DNA of 64,000 nt from NCBI GenBank assembly GCA_937982505.1, contig CALJLV010000086.1, forward strand, positions 10,990-74,989, read 5' to 3'. Below the pieces are notes generated by a model, which searched no databases, had not been told where the DNA came from, and saw nothing but the letters and a program-made list of their open reading frames with translations. Shown here one piece after another: positions 1-8,721 of this stretch. Within the stretch, counting starts at the first letter, position 1. The number at the start of each line of letters is the position of its first letter. A program made the position numbers and the translations under genes. Source of the stretch: an uncultured Desulfobacteraceae bacterium. GTDB taxonomy: Bacteria > Desulfobacterota > Desulfobacteria > Desulfobacterales > UBA2174.

Positions 1-4
1 GGTC

Positions 5-1183
5 GTGCCGGTATCGGCCGGGATGGCGACCGGAACGGCCATCCTGATGCACGACGGACTGCCCGCGGACGGGTTTTATGCCCGGGAAATCGGTCTTTAC
101 GCCGAGGACCCGGACATTGGGGCGATCCTGTTCGCCGTTGCCTATGCGGGCGACGAGGCAAGCTGGATACCGGCCATCACCGATGTCGCGTCCTACCAGC
201 ACGTCTACAGCATCGCCATCGCCATCGGCAACGCAACTACCCTGACGGTCCAGGTGGATCCGAGCACGGTAACGGTGTCAATGGCCCAGTTTTCGGCCCA
301 CGAGGGCCTCGAACTGGATCCGACCAGCTCCGACACGAGCAAAAACAAGCATCTTTCCAACGCTCAGGCCAAGGGTTGGGAAACCAGCATAGGGGCCAAT
401 GCCAGCGCCATTTCGGCGCATTCGTCACAGACTAACCCCCACGGGTCCACCGTCTCGGCGGCGGCCGGTCGCATGATACTCCGGGACGGGTTCGGGCGGG
501 CGAAAATTGCGGCGCCGGCAGAAAGTGACGATATCGCCCGGAAAGCCGATGTGGACGCCGAAGCCGCTTCCCGGGCCTCCGCCGATTCGAGCCATGCCCT
601 GTTGACCAATCCGCACGGCGCAACGTCCGCGGCGACCCCGATCCGGATCATGATGCGGGACACCCACGGGCGGGCCAAGGTGGCGGCCCCTGCATCCAGC
701 GATGACATCGCCCGGAAGGCCGATGTGGACGCCGCCATTGCCGCCGGCCAGGTGATTGCGTTTGCCGGGTCTGCCCCGCCGTCCGGGTTTTTGGAATGCA
801 ACGGGGCGGCGGTCAGTCGAAGCACCTACTCCGTCCTGTTTGCCGCCATCGGGACCGCCTACGGGCACGGGAACGGTTCCACGACGTTCAACCTGCCCGA
901 TCTTCGGGGCGAGTTCATCCGGGGGTGGGACCACGGGCGAGGGGTGGATTCGGGCCGCGGGCTGGGAACGGCTCAGGGCGCAACGATGATTGCCGAGCGA
1001 ATGGGCAATCACGCGCCATGGCCAACACAGGGGGCCATCGGCATTCACGGCTCAGATGGGGAAGATTACGACGACACCTATCATGTGGCGACGAACGCGG
1101 CCCAAGGGACGATTTCCATCGGCGTCGACTTCAAATTTGTTCGCCCGCGCAACGTGGCGATGACCTACTGTATCCGGTACTAG
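5..1183 (+). CDS. tail fibre protein with C-terminal tail-collar domain; 5' end probably cut by the window edge
   Basis: Frame is open to nt 2. Two tandem ~57-aa shaft repeats (NPHG.T..A...I..RD..GRAK.AAP...DDIARKADVD, nt ~430-735). The C-terminus FLECNGAAVSRSTYSVLFAAIGTAYG...TFNLPDLRGEFIRGWDHGRG is the classic phage tail-collar fibre motif. Confidence 0.85.
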   Translation: MPVSAGMATGTAILMHDGLPADGFYAREIGLYAEDPDIGAILFAVAYAGDEASWIPAITDVASYQHVYSIAIAIGNATTLTVQVDPSTVTVSMAQFSAHEGLELDPTSSDTSKNKHLSNAQAKGWETSIGANASAISAHSSQTNPHGSTVSAAAGRMILRDGFGRAKIAAPAESDDIARKADVDAEAASRASADSSHALLTNPHGATSAATPIRIMMRDTHGRAKVAAPASSDDIARKADVDAAIAAGQVIAFAGSAPPSGFLECNGAAVSRSTYSVLFAAIGTAYGHGNGSTTFNLPDLRGEFIRGWDHGRGVDSGRGLGTAQGATMIAERMGNHAPWPTQGAIGIHGSDGEDYDDTYHVATNAAQGTISIGVDFKFVRPRNVAMTYCIRY

Positions 1184-1191
1184 GGGGAGCT

Positions 1192-1854
1192 TTGAACGTC
1201 TACCTTTACGACCCTCAGACAGGCGCCTACCAGGGCTCAGAGGCGGCCCGGACCGACCCTGAGGAAACCCGGGCCACTGGGTACCCGGTCTACCTGCTGC
1301 CAGCCAATGCCACGTTCGTTCGGCCCCCCAACGTCGGACCGAACCGGATACCGGTCTGGACCGGATCCGGATGGACGAACCAGATCGATTTTCGCGGCAC
1401 CCGGTACTGGGACGAGACCGGAGAGCACCGGATCAGCGCAATCGGCCAGGCCGTGCCGGATCATGCCGCCAGCGGCCCGAAGCCTTCCGACGATCACCGA
1501 CTGATAGGCGGGCAGTGGGTGGTGGACCTTGCCAGGCGGCAGGAATCGGCCTGGAAGCGCCTGGAAGCCGGTCTGCACGACTACATCTTTGCGGTCCATG
1601 ACTACCCCCAGCCGACACAGATCACCCTCCAGGCGATCTATGCGGACCCGGACAGCAACGAGGCCCAGCGGGCGGCCTGCAAGGCGATTTTCGATTGGAT
1701 TCGAGGTTTTGTGCTGCCCTACTACTATGCGAAAAAAGCCGAGATTCTGGAATCTTCGGACCCTGCTGGCGTGGCCTGGGACTTTTCGAGCCTGGATCCG
1801 GGGGCGCCGGGTCACACCCTGGCCCAAATCATTACGATGGGAGATCGGACATGA
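1192..1854 (+). CDS. tail-fibre assembly/chaperone-like protein
   Basis: TTG start just behind GGGGGAG, directly after the fibre stop. N-terminus LNVYLYDPQTGAYQG resembles Tfa-type chaperones. The upstream part of listed ORF 796-1854 overlaps the fibre gene and is discarded. Confidence 0.5.
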   Translation: MNVYLYDPQTGAYQGSEAARTDPEETRATGYPVYLLPANATFVRPPNVGPNRIPVWTGSGWTNQIDFRGTRYWDETGEHRISAIGQAVPDHAASGPKPSDDHRLIGGQWVVDLARRQESAWKRLEAGLHDYIFAVHDYPQPTQITLQAIYADPDSNEAQRAACKAIFDWIRGFVLPYYYAKKAEILESSDPAGVAWDFSSLDPGAPGHTLAQIITMGDRT

Positions 1855-2450
1855 AGCAGATCAATTTTGTCAACTTCAACGAGCGCGGTCTTCAGCCGCT
1901 GGTTGACGAGCTGAAAAAGCACGACCAGGAGGTGGCCTCGATAAAGGCCACCAACATGCCCAAAAGAGAGGACGGCTTTTCGGTCAAGGCGGCTCTGTTC
2001 ACCCTGGAGTCCGGACAGAAGCTGGAGGTCAAGATCAAGGCCAACGGCTCGATTTTTCAGGTCAGGTTGAACGGCAAGGTGATCCCGGTGAAAAATTCCG
2101 AGGACATCGATGAGCCGGCCAACCTGAAAAAAGCGGTCAAGGAGATATCCGACCGGATCAAACAAAACGAGGCCGTCTACCTCAAGCAGAAGGCCCGGCG
2201 CATGAAGCGGGAGAAAAAGACCAGCCCGTCGGTCTCAGCATCCATGGTCAAGCGCCTTGCAGAGGCCAAGGAAAACCTGGAATTCGTCCAGGGCGAGGCA
2301 AAGACAGTTGCCGAGGACATGGCGCAGGCGCAGGGCGGGGTGGAGCAGAAACGTTCCGAGCTGGAGGGGTTGCGCGCCGAGCTCGCCCAAGAGATTCAGC
2401 GCGGGGAAACGCTTCGGGCACAAATCGCCGAGCTGATGGAGGCGGCATAA
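1851..2450 (+). CDS. hypothetical protein, coiled-coil C-terminus
   Basis: ATG at 1851 overlaps the previous stop (ATGA). GGGAGA RBS. Charged heptad-like C-terminal half. Confidence 0.6.
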   Translation: MKQINFVNFNERGLQPLVDELKKHDQEVASIKATNMPKREDGFSVKAALFTLESGQKLEVKIKANGSIFQVRLNGKVIPVKNSEDIDEPANLKKAVKEISDRIKQNEAVYLKQKARRMKREKKTSPSVSASMVKRLAEAKENLEFVQGEAKTVAEDMAQAQGGVEQKRSELEGLRAELAQEIQRGETLRAQIAELMEAA

Positions 2451-2451
2451 C

Positions 2452-2802
2452 ATGGGCCTGGAAATCACGTCGGTAAATTGGATGCTGGACCAGTTGGCCA
2501 CCAAACTGGCGCTGATTCGGCTCTACGATGCTTCGGATATCGAGATCCTGGATCACGAAGGCGAGAGCCAGGACCAACCGGCCCTATGGTCTCCTGCCGC
2601 CGATGGCGCCCTGGTGCTGGCCTCTGGAGTGCGCTTTGAAATTCCCGCCGGCACGACACCTGCCAAAATCGCGTTTCTGGATGCCGTTGCGTTCGGCGAG
2701 TGGGCTTCGCACACAATCGCGCCCGAGCAGCGCGAGAGCTACGCGAACAACGGTCTATTCGACGTCACAGCGGCAAACGCTACGATCACGATAGGGGAGT
2801 GA
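2452..2802 (+). CDS. hypothetical virion-module protein
   Basis: ATG 2 nt after the previous stop, GGAGG upstream, same strand and tight packing. Confidence 0.55.
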   Translation: MGLEITSVNWMLDQLATKLALIRLYDASDIEILDHEGESQDQPALWSPAADGALVLASGVRFEIPAGTTPAKIAFLDAVAFGEWASHTIAPEQRESYANNGLFDVTAANATITIGE

Positions 2803-2804
2803 CG

Positions 2805-3548
2805 ATGCTGTCACGATGGCAGAACCATATCGTAGACGAAAGCGGTAATGTGGTTCCAAGCGCTCCTGTCGAGATCCGCCTGGCCGGCGAAGGAACACCT
2901 GCCACCATCTATTCGGATGCCGAAGGGGCCGCGAAGGCAAACCCGTTTACCGCCACCGTCGGCGGCCTGGCAGAGTTCTGGGCCTCTGGCGGGCTCTATG
3001 ACATCTACGTCGATGGTGGACTGACCTGGAGCGACGTTCAAATTGGTTCAGCACAACGCGCCGACCTGGCGGACCCGAACGAAGTGGCCGCCGGGACCGC
3101 CGCGGACGATCAGATCCCGACGGTGGCCGGGATCAACCTCGCATTGGCCACCGTCGCCGTTGTGCGGCGGGTGGAAAAGCCGGCGACCGGAGCATTGGCC
3201 GTTTCGGACATCATCGGTACGATCCTGACCAACTACGGCCAGACCGCCGAAAACATTCAGACGTTGCCGGATACGGATGACGTTGTGACGGCGCTGGGTG
3301 CTGGGGCGGAGGTGGGTTTTGTGGTCAGGGTCGAAACGGAAGGGGCCGGCGCCCTGGGTCTCAAGCCCGGTGCCGGCGACAAGCATTATTTCGACGATGG
3401 GACGGGGGTTGTCGCCCTCGATAATGGCGCCGCAGTCGTTTTTGCGGCGCCAGGCATCGGCGATACGCTGGTGGTGACGATGATCCGCACCGGAGAATCG
3501 TCTTTCGATTGGCTTACTGCCTGCATACGCGGTACGGCGGGCGAATAA
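2805..3548 (+). CDS. fibre-module protein, family A
   Basis: ATG at 2805 (MLSRWQNHIVDESGNV). The C-terminal ~110 aa are paralogous to 7937-8497. Confidence 0.65.
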   Translation: MLSRWQNHIVDESGNVVPSAPVEIRLAGEGTPATIYSDAEGAAKANPFTATVGGLAEFWASGGLYDIYVDGGLTWSDVQIGSAQRADLADPNEVAAGTAADDQIPTVAGINLALATVAVVRRVEKPATGALAVSDIIGTILTNYGQTAENIQTLPDTDDVVTALGAGAEVGFVVRVETEGAGALGLKPGAGDKHYFDDGTGVVALDNGAAVVFAAPGIGDTLVVTMIRTGESSFDWLTACIRGTAGE

Positions 3549-3561
3549 AGGAGAGCACGAC

Positions 3562-4776
3562 ATGAAGCGTCATCAAACCCCTCTTGGAATGCCCAAACTG
3601 TATATCGGGATCAAGGTCGAAAAAGAAGGAAAGGTTCTTTCGGAGAGAAAGGAGATAGGCCACTCCTGGACCCGCAACGCATGGAATGCGTTTACGGCAT
3701 CCATGTTGGGTATGGCGGGTGGGGGAAGTTCACATGCCTTTCTTGGTCCTGGGATGATGAATGCAAGAGAAGTCGGATCTTGTTATATCTTTAACGGTAC
3801 CGATTATACATTTCAGTATTCACGAGCAAATAGTTTTACTTTTTATAACAACGGTCCTTATAACAGTAATGCTGGAAACCATAATTTTGGAATTTTAATC
3901 GGCGCAAATGTAAACGGATATGGTTTTTGTGCTAATTCGGTTGATCTTTATAACAAAATTCCACACGGCACAAGCGCCGGACAAATGAGTCATCAGGCGC
4001 AAGCCGCCCCTGTTGCATCATATGACACGGAAACAAGAAAATGGAAAAACACGATCACCAGGATTTTCAACAATAATTCGGGCGATGCCATAACTGTTCG
4101 GGAAATTGGTCTTGTTTTTTTTTCCGGGACCTTCTATCCCACAAATTCGTGTTTGTTTGCCCATGATATTTTGGATACGCCTGAAATCGTGCCTAATGCG
4201 GCACAACTAACCGTTGTTTACGAGATTGAATCGCAAGAGTTTACAATCGATAGCGATGCGATTCTAATGGGAGCTGCTGGAAGCGGGGGGTACGTTTGTG
4301 GATATAAAATTCCCTCAAACTATCCGTACTGTGATGAAGGGTTTCTGCTTATCATGGCGCCAAAAGCTACTGGTGAACACAGCTCTAAGAAATATCGTGA
4401 TCCAGGAAGCTCTAGTGGAGTTCCAATAAGCTATGTGGACGGCCAAGGAAACACCAACACCCTAATTTCTCTTGGTGCCAATTCAGAAATTGGTCAATTC
4501 TGTTCTGACGCCAGAAACGCTGAAATAGGTGGATATAATGATTGGTTTATCCCTGCTCATGAACAAATTAGGATGATGTTCAATTTTAACCTAACACTTC
4601 CATCCGAAGAAAGGCTAACAGAAAGTGTTTATTATTGGACATCGACAGCCATTGGCACAAACGCATTTAGGATGAGATCAACTGATTCTTCTCCATCCTA
4701 TGTTAACCAGTCCAATTCTTATTACGTCCGCCTTATTCGCATGATTCATACCAGCGAGTTTGTTCCGGCGGAATAG
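3562..4776 (+). CDS. fibre-module protein, family B, with C-terminal DUF1566/Lcl-like lectin-type domain
   Basis: The N-terminal ~225 aa are paralogous to 6093-6833 and 6843-7523 (SWTRN motif, V.YEI end). C-terminus GGYNDWFIPAHEQIRMMF...YYWTSTA resembles DUF1566. G+C is visibly lower than the flanks. Confidence 0.7.
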   Translation: MKRHQTPLGMPKLYIGIKVEKEGKVLSERKEIGHSWTRNAWNAFTASMLGMAGGGSSHAFLGPGMMNAREVGSCYIFNGTDYTFQYSRANSFTFYNNGPYNSNAGNHNFGILIGANVNGYGFCANSVDLYNKIPHGTSAGQMSHQAQAAPVASYDTETRKWKNTITRIFNNNSGDAITVREIGLVFFSGTFYPTNSCLFAHDILDTPEIVPNAAQLTVVYEIESQEFTIDSDAILMGAAGSGGYVCGYKIPSNYPYCDEGFLLIMAPKATGEHSSKKYRDPGSSSGVPISYVDGQGNTNTLISLGANSEIGQFCSDARNAEIGGYNDWFIPAHEQIRMMFNFNLTLPSEERLTESVYYWTSTAIGTNAFRMRSTDSSPSYVNQSNSYYVRLIRMIHTSEFVPAE

Positions 4777-4785
4777 GAGATAGGC

Positions 4786-6084
4786 GTGTTTTTTCCGGCA
4801 ATGGCACAAATGATGGTTAGGCGATCGTCCCGTGAGCCCTGGGATGGTGTTTTGCGCCTGGCCGCCATTGACATGCCCAATGCCGTGGCGGGGATCGAGG
4901 TCGTTGATGCTGGACAGGTTGGCATCGAGGCCGGTGTCTTGTCGGCAATGGCCATGCCGGTGATCGGTCCGCCGGCCTTACGGGTCGATGGCGGGGAGAT
5001 CGAGCTTCAGCATTCGGCGTTGCCGGCAATGGCCATGCCGGATATCGAGGTTCGGGCATGGATTGTCTACCTTCTCGGACCGCTTGAATCCGATGGTTTT
5101 GGCTGGCCGGCGGTATCGGTGGATTGTGAACAGAACGCCTTCGAGGGGCTTGACGGGCCGGCCGAAACCGACGCCTTCCAGTGGCCTACAGCCTCGGTGT
5201 CACACGAGATCGGCGTTTTCGCTACCCATCAGCAAGAGGCTGAAACCGACACCTTCCAATGGCCTACGGTCTCGGTGGATTATGCGACCGATTTGTTTGT
5301 CGGAGTGGGAGAAACCCTGTCGTCGGACGGGTTCGGCTGGCCGGCGGTCTCGGTGGCTTACGACATCGATGTGTATGTCGGGCCTTTGCCTCCTGCCGAA
5401 CACGAAGCGTTTGCCGATGCGTTCGGCTGGCCGGCGGTATCCACGGACTACGTCATTGATCAATCCGCTGGGTTTCCGGAGATGGTATCGAGTCCGCTTG
5501 ACTGGCCGGCGGTATCCGTGGGCTACGAGACTGATCTGTTCGTCGGATTTGCCGATACGTCAGTTTCGAGCCCGTTCTCCTGGCCTTCCGTGGATGTGGG
5601 CTATTCCACAGAGGCCCTTCCGCCTGCCGAACATGCAGCGTCCTCTGATGGGTTCGGCTGGCCTACGGTCTCGGTTGGCTACGACATAGATCTGTTCGTC
5701 GAATTTCCGGAGATGGAATCGAGCCCGTTCGGCTGGCCGGCGGTATCCGTGGGCTACGAGATTGATGCCTTCGAGGGGCTTGACGGGCCGGCCGAAACCG
5801 ACGCCTTCCAGTGGCCCGAGGTTTCGGTGCTGCATGATGTCGATGTTTTCGTTCCCCAGGAGCAAGGGGCCGAAACCGACGCCTTCCAATGGCCTACAGT
5901 TTCGGTGGGCTACGCCACGGATCTGTTCGTCGGATTTGGAGAGACCCCAACGTCGGACGGTTTTGACTGGCCGGCGGTGGCCACGGCTTACGACATTGAT
6001 GCGTTTGTGAACCTCGATGATGGGCCGGTGCAGACGCATGGCATCGACTGGCCCACGGTAACTGTTACCTACGAGAAAAATTAG
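4786..6084 (+). CDS. repeat protein (13 x F-x-W-P-x-V-S-V-x-Y units), family C
   Basis: GTG start after AGGAGA. The whole ORF is built from ~24-30-aa repeats. The N-terminal PWDGVLRL motif is shared with 8497-8700. Confidence 0.7.
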   Translation: MFFPAMAQMMVRRSSREPWDGVLRLAAIDMPNAVAGIEVVDAGQVGIEAGVLSAMAMPVIGPPALRVDGGEIELQHSALPAMAMPDIEVRAWIVYLLGPLESDGFGWPAVSVDCEQNAFEGLDGPAETDAFQWPTASVSHEIGVFATHQQEAETDTFQWPTVSVDYATDLFVGVGETLSSDGFGWPAVSVAYDIDVYVGPLPPAEHEAFADAFGWPAVSTDYVIDQSAGFPEMVSSPLDWPAVSVGYETDLFVGFADTSVSSPFSWPSVDVGYSTEALPPAEHAASSDGFGWPTVSVGYDIDLFVEFPEMESSPFGWPAVSVGYEIDAFEGLDGPAETDAFQWPEVSVLHDVDVFVPQEQGAETDAFQWPTVSVGYATDLFVGFGETPTSDGFDWPAVATAYDIDAFVNLDDGPVQTHGIDWPTVTVTYEKN

Positions 6085-6092
6085 GGGGAAAG

Positions 6093-6833
6093 ATGATCGA
6101 TCCTGTGTTCGAGCGAAAAGTCAAAGAATTCAGAAAGGCGACCGGAGCGATTTTGCCGCCGGATGCTTTCGTCGATGTCCGTGTCGTCGGTCCTGGCGAA
6201 AAGGTGCGACACCACGACACGCAGCGGGCCAGGTCTTGGACCCGAAATTTCTACAATATGGCGACGGCTGCCGTGGCTTACCTGAAGGGGTCCGGTGTAA
6301 GCAATTTTGGCGCTGGCCATATCAACGTGAAAGATGCTGGAGAGGGGGCTTTCGACGCCGGACATATCCACTACGGCAGCGGTTATTCGGTCCACATTAC
6401 CAATGCCCTGGGATTCAATGCGGACGCGGCAATGGCGACAAAGGGCATCGTGGTTGGCAGCGGCGATACCGCATTTTCGGCTGACCAGCACGTTTTGGAC
6501 AACAAGATCCTGCACGGATCTCTTGTCGGGCGGCTCAGCTACGGGGCTTGTTCAACATCTGCGCCGGTCTACGACTCGTCCGAAGGGGCCGAAAAGTGGA
6601 CGGTCAGGATCACCCGGAACTTCACCAACCTATACAACGGCGACCCCGTGGTGGTGAAAGAAACCGGGTTGGTGGTGACCGGCTCTGTTTATCCCTTTGT
6701 CGATGGCTCGTCTCAGGCATCATTGATGTTGGAGCGGTGCATTCTCGATGTGCCGGCATCGGTGGCCTTCCAGGACGTGCTGTCCATCGAGTATGTGATA
6801 GAATTGGATTTTTCTGCAATCGATGCCGATTAA
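6093..6833 (+). CDS. fibre-module protein, family B (B')
   Basis: RARSWTRNFYN motif and a C-terminal LSIEYVIELDF end, paralogous to 3562-4776 and 6843-7523. RBS TAGGGGGAAAG precedes the ATG. Confidence 0.65.
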   Translation: MIDPVFERKVKEFRKATGAILPPDAFVDVRVVGPGEKVRHHDTQRARSWTRNFYNMATAAVAYLKGSGVSNFGAGHINVKDAGEGAFDAGHIHYGSGYSVHITNALGFNADAAMATKGIVVGSGDTAFSADQHVLDNKILHGSLVGRLSYGACSTSAPVYDSSEGAEKWTVRITRNFTNLYNGDPVVVKETGLVVTGSVYPFVDGSSQASLMLERCILDVPASVAFQDVLSIEYVIELDFSAIDAD

Positions 6834-6842
6834 GGGGGAAAA

Positions 6843-7523
6843 ATGAAAAACAACGGCCTTGGACTCATATTCCTGATTCCGAAAATCAATATCCGGATCA
6901 AGCTTTTCGGCGCGGACGGCGGCCTGATCCTCACCCGAGAGCAGCCCGGAAACAGTTGGAACCGCAATTTTTTCAACTGGCTCTTTTCGTTGTGCTCCCA
7001 GTGCGGCGGCGATGGTCAAGACGTGTTCGGCAAGGGCTATATGTCTATCAGAGAGGGTGGCCCCCCAGCCGGAACATACTATGGCGAGGTGGTGTCCAAC
7101 GCCGACAAGAGCGCTGGTGCAGGACTCGGCCTGACAATCAAGGTCGGATCGGACGATACCCCGTTTGATATCGACGATTTCGATTTGGGGAACGTCGTCC
7201 CCTATTTGACCCATTCCGCGACGACGTATGCACAGGCATACGATTCGGTCAATCACGTCTGGAAAAACACCATGACGGCGGTAATCACGAACAATACCGT
7301 TGGCGCAGTGACGGCCAACGAACTTTGCCTGATGCGTAGCGACAGAGTTGAAGGCATAAACCTGCAAGAAGTTTGCACGTCGTTCCGTGCGCAATACCTT
7401 TACCCGCAATACCTCATGGTCGAGCGAACCCTTATCACGCCCGGGGTGGAGCTGAACGTCAATGAGCAGCTTGAAGTGTCCTACGAGATCGCCGTCGATT
7501 TCGCGTTTTTAGACGAGGAGTAA
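6843..7523 (+). CDS. fibre-module protein, family B (B'')
   Basis: PGNSWNRNFFN motif and a C-terminal LEVSYEIAVDF end. RBS TAAGGGGGAAAA precedes the ATG. Confidence 0.65.
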   Translation: MKNNGLGLIFLIPKINIRIKLFGADGGLILTREQPGNSWNRNFFNWLFSLCSQCGGDGQDVFGKGYMSIREGGPPAGTYYGEVVSNADKSAGAGLGLTIKVGSDDTPFDIDDFDLGNVVPYLTHSATTYAQAYDSVNHVWKNTMTAVITNNTVGAVTANELCLMRSDRVEGINLQEVCTSFRAQYLYPQYLMVERTLITPGVELNVNEQLEVSYEIAVDFAFLDEE

Positions 7524-7526
7524 CCC

Positions 7527-7940
7527 ATGCCTACCTATACCAGGAATGCCGACAAGTCCGTTGCCGCCGTGATCGACGTTGCCGGGACACAGCGGTTTGT
7601 GGGGCCCGGGGAGTCCGTCGGGACCTACGAGATTTTGGGCGATGGATGGACACTGACAGACCCGGGACCCTATTGGAACCCGGCCCTGGCGGTGCATGAC
7701 GACATCGCCGGTCCGCGGACCATAGAACTTGATTCGGACACCTGGCGCGTTGAGGTCTGGAACAATTCTCCGGCCGTTGTGACCCTGTTTTTGAACTCGG
7801 CCGAAAACACCCCCGGGATTCGGGTCGAGGCATACGGGGTCCGGACCGTCGAGGTGCGCAAAAGGGTTAGCGCCCTGATCATGTCTTTTTCGGCCGCCGT
7901 GAGCGCGGGCCAGGTGGTGCTGACCGAATGGAGGAAATGA
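7527..7940 (+). CDS. hypothetical virion-module protein
   Basis: ATG 4 nt after the previous stop, GAGGAG RBS. Confidence 0.55.
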   Translation: MPTYTRNADKSVAAVIDVAGTQRFVGPGESVGTYEILGDGWTLTDPGPYWNPALAVHDDIAGPRTIELDSDTWRVEVWNNSPAVVTLFLNSAENTPGIRVEAYGVRTVEVRKRVSALIMSFSAAVSAGQVVLTEWRK

Positions 7941-8497
7941 TGGAGCGTATCCAGACCCCATTGTCGCCAGGATCAGCCACCGGCCAGGTGCCGGTTTGGG
8001 ACGAAGAGACGAAGCGCTACGAGCCCGGCGCCGGTGCCCCCCCACCGGATCCTGATGGCGGCGTGCCCATGCCGTTTGTCCGGACCGGAATTCGGGTGGT
8101 CAACAAAAGCAGTACCGGGGCGCTTTCGGTGGCCGATATTTTCGGCACGGTCGTGACGAATTTCGGCCAGGAGGCCGAAGCCCACCTGACGCTTCCGTCC
8201 ATTGCCGAAGTCATTGCTGCAATCGATGTTGATGGCATCGGAATAGAGACCGGCTTTATCTTGCAGGTCCGTACCGGTGGCGCCGGGGCCCTTGGGCTCG
8301 TGCCCGCAGAGGCCGACAAGCACTATTTCGACGACGGCACGAAAACGGTTGTCCCTCTGAACAACGGCGAAGCGGTGGTGATCTCGGACCCGGTCATGGG
8401 TGACACCCTGGTGGTAACCCTGATCCAGACCGGGCCGGAAAAATGGGACTGGCTCACGACCTGCCCGAGAGGGGCGGCGGTCAGAGGGGGGAGCTGA
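7937..8497 (+). CDS. fibre-module protein, family A (A')
   Basis: Start ATG at 7937 or 7940 overlaps the previous TGA. C-terminal block VADIFGTVVTNFGQ...GALGLVPAEADKHYFDDG...GDTLVVTLIQTG...DWLT is paralogous to 2805-3548. Confidence 0.65.
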   Translation: MMERIQTPLSPGSATGQVPVWDEETKRYEPGAGAPPPDPDGGVPMPFVRTGIRVVNKSSTGALSVADIFGTVVTNFGQEAEAHLTLPSIAEVIAAIDVDGIGIETGFILQVRTGGAGALGLVPAEADKHYFDDGTKTVVPLNNGEAVVISDPVMGDTLVVTLIQTGPEKWDWLTTCPRGAAVRGGS

Positions 8498-8700
8498 TGC
8501 TTTTCGGATCGTACATGCTGGGCCAAATGATTTCCGGTAGCAGTGTCCCATGGGATGGGGTTTTGCGGTTATCTGTTCCTGATCTCCCGGGCATTGACTC
8601 GGACGCGACGGTAGTGGCGGTGGAGCCAACGCGCCAAACCTGCCAACTATTTGCCCCCAGCATTCCAGACATTTCTTTTTCGACGAGCGTGGAAGAATAA
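8497..8700 (+). CDS. small protein, family C N-terminal module only (C')
   Basis: ATGA overlap with the previous gene. MLFGSYMLGQMISGSSVPWDGVLRL parallels the N-terminus of 4786-6084. Confidence 0.45.
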   Translation: MLFGSYMLGQMISGSSVPWDGVLRLSVPDLPGIDSDATVVAVEPTRQTCQLFAPSIPDISFSTSVEE

Positions 8701-8721
8701 TTCCAACAAAGGAGATACCCA

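Noticed and set aside
796-1191. N-terminal extension of the chaperone-like ORF (listed 796-1854)
   Set aside because: It overlaps the tail-collar domain of the fibre gene in another frame. A start with an RBS exists right after the fibre stop.
2805-8700. The paralogous A/A' and C/C' pairs as template/variable repeats of a diversity-generating retroelement
   Set aside because: No reverse transcriptase ORF (no YxDD-type motif) appears anywhere in the window. The paralogues differ throughout at the protein level rather than at adenine-specific positions in an otherwise identical DNA repeat.
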